A stretch of 64,000 bases of DNA, taken from NCBI GenBank assembly GCA_038235705.1, contig JBBSTR010000003.1:10650-74649 (forward strand), read 5' to 3'. The notes under the pieces were generated by a model, which saw nothing but the letters and a program-made list of their open reading frames with translations, searched no databases and was not told where the DNA came from. The DNA is from Mycobacteriales bacterium (GTDB lineage: Bacteria > Actinomycetota > Actinomycetes > Mycobacteriales > SCTD01). Position numbers and translations under genes: made by a program. This document shows, in pieces, positions 61,956 to 64,000 of the stretch. Every line of letters starts with the position of its first letter. The stretch's first letter is position 1.

Positions 61956-64000
61956 GTGAGCCGCGTGGTCGTCCGTCCTCCTCGTCCCACCTTCTCGGGA
62001 CGGCCGCGTCTGCTCGCGCCCGTCCTGGTGATCGTTGCCGTCCTGGTCGTCCTGATCGCGGTAGGGATCGGTCTCTACACCGACCTGCTGTGGTTCCGGT
62101 CGGTGGACTACAGCGGCGTGTTCACCACCGTCCTGCGCACGAGGGTCCTGCTCTTCCTGGGCTTCGGCGTGCTGATGGCGGTGATCGTCGGGGTCAACAT
62201 CGCGGTCGCTTACCGCGCCCGGCCGCCGTTCCGGCCGATGTCGCTCGAGCAGCAGAACCTGGAGCGCTACCGGGTCGCGATCGAGCCGTTCCAGCGCCTT
62301 GCCCTGATCGGGGTGGCCTCGCTGCTGGGCCTGTTCGCCGGCCTGTCCGCGGCGTCGCGCTGGCAGACCTGGCTGCTGTGGCGCAACCGGACCGACTTCG
62401 GTGTCAAGGACCCGCAGTTCGGGCGCGACGTCGGCTATTACGCGTTCAGCTACCCGTTCTACCGCTTCGTGCTGGGCTTCCTGCTCGCGGCCGTCGTGCT
62501 CGCGCTGATCGCCTCGGCCGCCACGCACTACCTCTACGGCGGGCTGCGACTGCAGACCCAGGGGGAGAAGGTCAGCCCGGGCGCGCGCGCGCACCTCTCG
62601 GTGCTGCTCGGGGTGTTCGTGCTGCTCAAGGCGCTCGCCTACTATCTCGACCGGTTCGGGCTGGTCTTCGCCAACCGCGGGTTCGTGCAGGGCGGCGCCG
62701 CCTACACCGACGTCAACGCGGTGCTGCCGGCCAAGAACATCCTCATCGGGGTCGCGGTGATCTGCGCGCTGCTGTTCTTCGCGAACGTCGCCGTGCGCAA
62801 CGTCCTGCTGCCGGGTGGTGCGCTGGCCCTGCTGGTCCTCGCGGCGGTCGTGCTCGGCGGCGTGCTGCCGGCTTACACCCAGCAGTTCCGGGTCAAGCCC
62901 AACGAGCGGGACCGCGAGCTGCCTTACATCAGCCGCAACATCGAGGGCACCCGGGCGGCGTACGGGATCTCCGACGTCGAGCTGCAGCAGTACGGAGCCG
63001 ATCCGCCGTCGGCGAACCAGGCGATCAGCCTGCAGGACCCGCCGAACGCCCGCCTGCTCGACCCGAACTACCTGAGCGACACCTACCAGCAGCTGCAGCG
63101 GCTCCGGCAGTACTTCGGGGTGACCGGGGCGCTCGACGTCGACCGCTACACCGTCGCCGGCAAGGCCCAGGACTACGTGGTCGCGGCCCGCGAGATCGAC
63201 CTGAACGGGCTCGCGTCCAACCAGCGCAACTGGGTCAACGAGCGGCTCACCTACACGCACGGCAACGGGCTCATCGCGGCCAGGGCCGACAAGGTCGACC
63301 CTGACGGTCAGCCGTTGTTCACCAATCCCGGTCTGGGTGCGGGCTCCAGCGCCGCGATCAAGATCGACCAGCCGAGGATCTACTACGGCGAGAGCGCGCC
63401 CGAATACAGCGTCGTCAACACCAAGATCCCGGAGATCGACGGACCGAGCTCCGCGGCCCAGGCGGACGTGAGCGACAACCAGGCCACCTCCAGCTACGCG
63501 GGCAAGGGCGGCGTACAGCTGTCCAACGTGGTCCGCAAGACGGCGTACGCCCTGAAGTTCCGCGAGCCCAACCTGCTGCTGTCGGGCTCGATCACCGACC
63601 AGTCGCGCCTGATGTACATCCGCTCGCCCCGCGATCGGGTGGCGAAGGTCGCGCCGTTCCTCGAGCTGGACGGCGATCCCTATCCCGCCGCCGTGGACGG
63701 CCGGATCGTCTGGATCGTCGACGGCTACACGACCAGCGCCAACTACCCCTACAGCCAGCGCGTCCCGTTCGGCGAGATCACCCAGGACAGCCAGACCGGC
63801 CGGGTTCAGCCGCAGGAGGATGTCAACTACATCCGCAACTCGGTCAAGGCGACGGTGGACGCTTACAGCGGCAAGGTGACGCTCTACAAGTTCGGGCCCA
63901 CCGACCCGGTCGTCGAGACCTGGGACAAGGCGTTCGGCGGCATCCTCAAGCCCTTCTCGGCGATGAGCCCGGACCTCAAGGCTCATCTTCGCTACCCGGA
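61956..64000 (+). CDS. UPF0182 family large membrane protein; 3' end cut by window edge
   Basis: Not in the ORF track because it has no stop in the window. The frame is open from GTG 61956: VSRVVVRPPRPTFSGRPRLLAPVLVIVAVLVVLIAVGIGLYTDLLWFRSVDYSGVFTT... through ...DLKAHLRYP. Multiple TM helices, then a soluble domain. Confidence 0.8.
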   Translation, partial: MSRVVVRPPRPTFSGRPRLLAPVLVIVAVLVVLIAVGIGLYTDLLWFRSVDYSGVFTTVLRTRVLLFLGFGVLMAVIVGVNIAVAYRARPPFRPMSLEQQNLERYRVAIEPFQRLALIGVASLLGLFAGLSAASRWQTWLLWRNRTDFGVKDPQFGRDVGYYAFSYPFYRFVLGFLLAAVVLALIASAATHYLYGGLRLQTQGEKVSPGARAHLSVLLGVFVLLKALAYYLDRFGLVFANRGFVQGGAAYTDVNAVLPAKNILIGVAVICALLFFANVAVRNVLLPGGALALLVLAAVVLGGVLPAYTQQFRVKPNERDRELPYISRNIEGTRAAYGISDVELQQYGADPPSANQAISLQDPPNARLLDPNYLSDTYQQLQRLRQYFGVTGALDVDRYTVAGKAQDYVVAAREIDLNGLASNQRNWVNERLTYTHGNGLIAARADKVDPDGQPLFTNPGLGAGSSAAIKIDQPRIYYGESAPEYSVVNTKIPEIDGPSSAAQADVSDNQATSSYAGKGGVQLSNVVRKTAYALKFREPNLLLSGSITDQSRLMYIRSPRDRVAKVAPFLELDGDPYPAAVDGRIVWIVDGYTTSANYPYSQRVPFGEITQDSQTGRVQPQEDVNYIRNSVKATVDAYSGKVTLYKFGPTDPVVETWDKAFGGILKPFSAMSPDLKAHLRYP

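Noticed and set aside
61866-63986. The 5' two-thirds of the 891-aa minus-strand ORF 61311..63986
   Set aside because: It is antisense to the UPF0182 gene, whose + frame gives a convincing multi-TM protein. Only the last 184 codons (61311-61865) look like a real PPA1309-family gene.
1-64000. Search for tRNA, rRNA, transposase/integrase, prophage or toxin-antitoxin genes
   Set aside because: No T-loop-type GGTTCGAATCC/GGTTCAAxTCC context outside coding sequence was found. The only ggttcga lies inside the MhuD-like CDS. No rRNA-like segment was seen, and no ORF has DDE, tyrosine-recombinase or serine-recombinase motifs. The visual scan is not exhaustive.

Overview
High-GC Actinomycetota chromosomal segment. 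It is densely coding on both strands, with about 57 protein genes. By eye I found no rRNA, tRNA, CRISPR array, transposase or integrase.

Backbone: from memory, the gene order matches the conserved mycobacterial block around Rv3193c-Rv3211. That block runs: RhlE-like DEAD-box helicase, DUF3107, TetR, MoeZ, AdnA-AdnB, NudC, mycoredoxin, UvrD2, WhiB7, ABC1/UbiB kinase, ThiF-like protein, DUF2342 metalloprotease, PDZ/Lon-like protease, UPF0182.

Accessory-looking inserts interrupt the backbone:
- an NHEJ module with separate LigD-Pol and LigD-Lig genes plus Ku, followed by a GAF-PAS PP2C phosphatase;
- a translationally coupled hydrolase / APH-like / EEP / GNAT-S4 operon with an AidB-like gene and an M16 peptidase pair;
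- a SARP-ATPase-TPR regulator with a BBE-like oxidase and a GAF-ANTAR operon;
- a zinc-ribbon membrane protein, a DUF1524/HNH nuclease, a low-complexity protein and a sigma-region-4-like gene next to a repeat-rich spacer.

No clear novel multi-gene system is evident. Observations most worth follow-up:
- a frame break splitting the SARP regulator, plus 11-bp-phased direct repeats upstream of the adjacent oxidase gene;
- a complete whiB7 leader (AT-rich box, SD-led uORF, terminator hairpin);
- a receptor Ser/Thr kinase homologue whose HRD motif reads HGA (predicted pseudokinase);
- a near-perfect 77-bp tandem duplication and 33-35-bp repeats in a 520-bp convergent spacer;
- a 13-codon SD-led mini-ORF divergent from the M16 peptidase pair;
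- a recurrent TAGCGT -10-like hexamer 6-8 nt upstream of start codons, suggesting leaderless mRNAs.

Many long ORFs in the six-frame track are GC-driven antisense artefacts and were rejected. All start codons and all functional calls rest on motif recognition by eye, not on searches.
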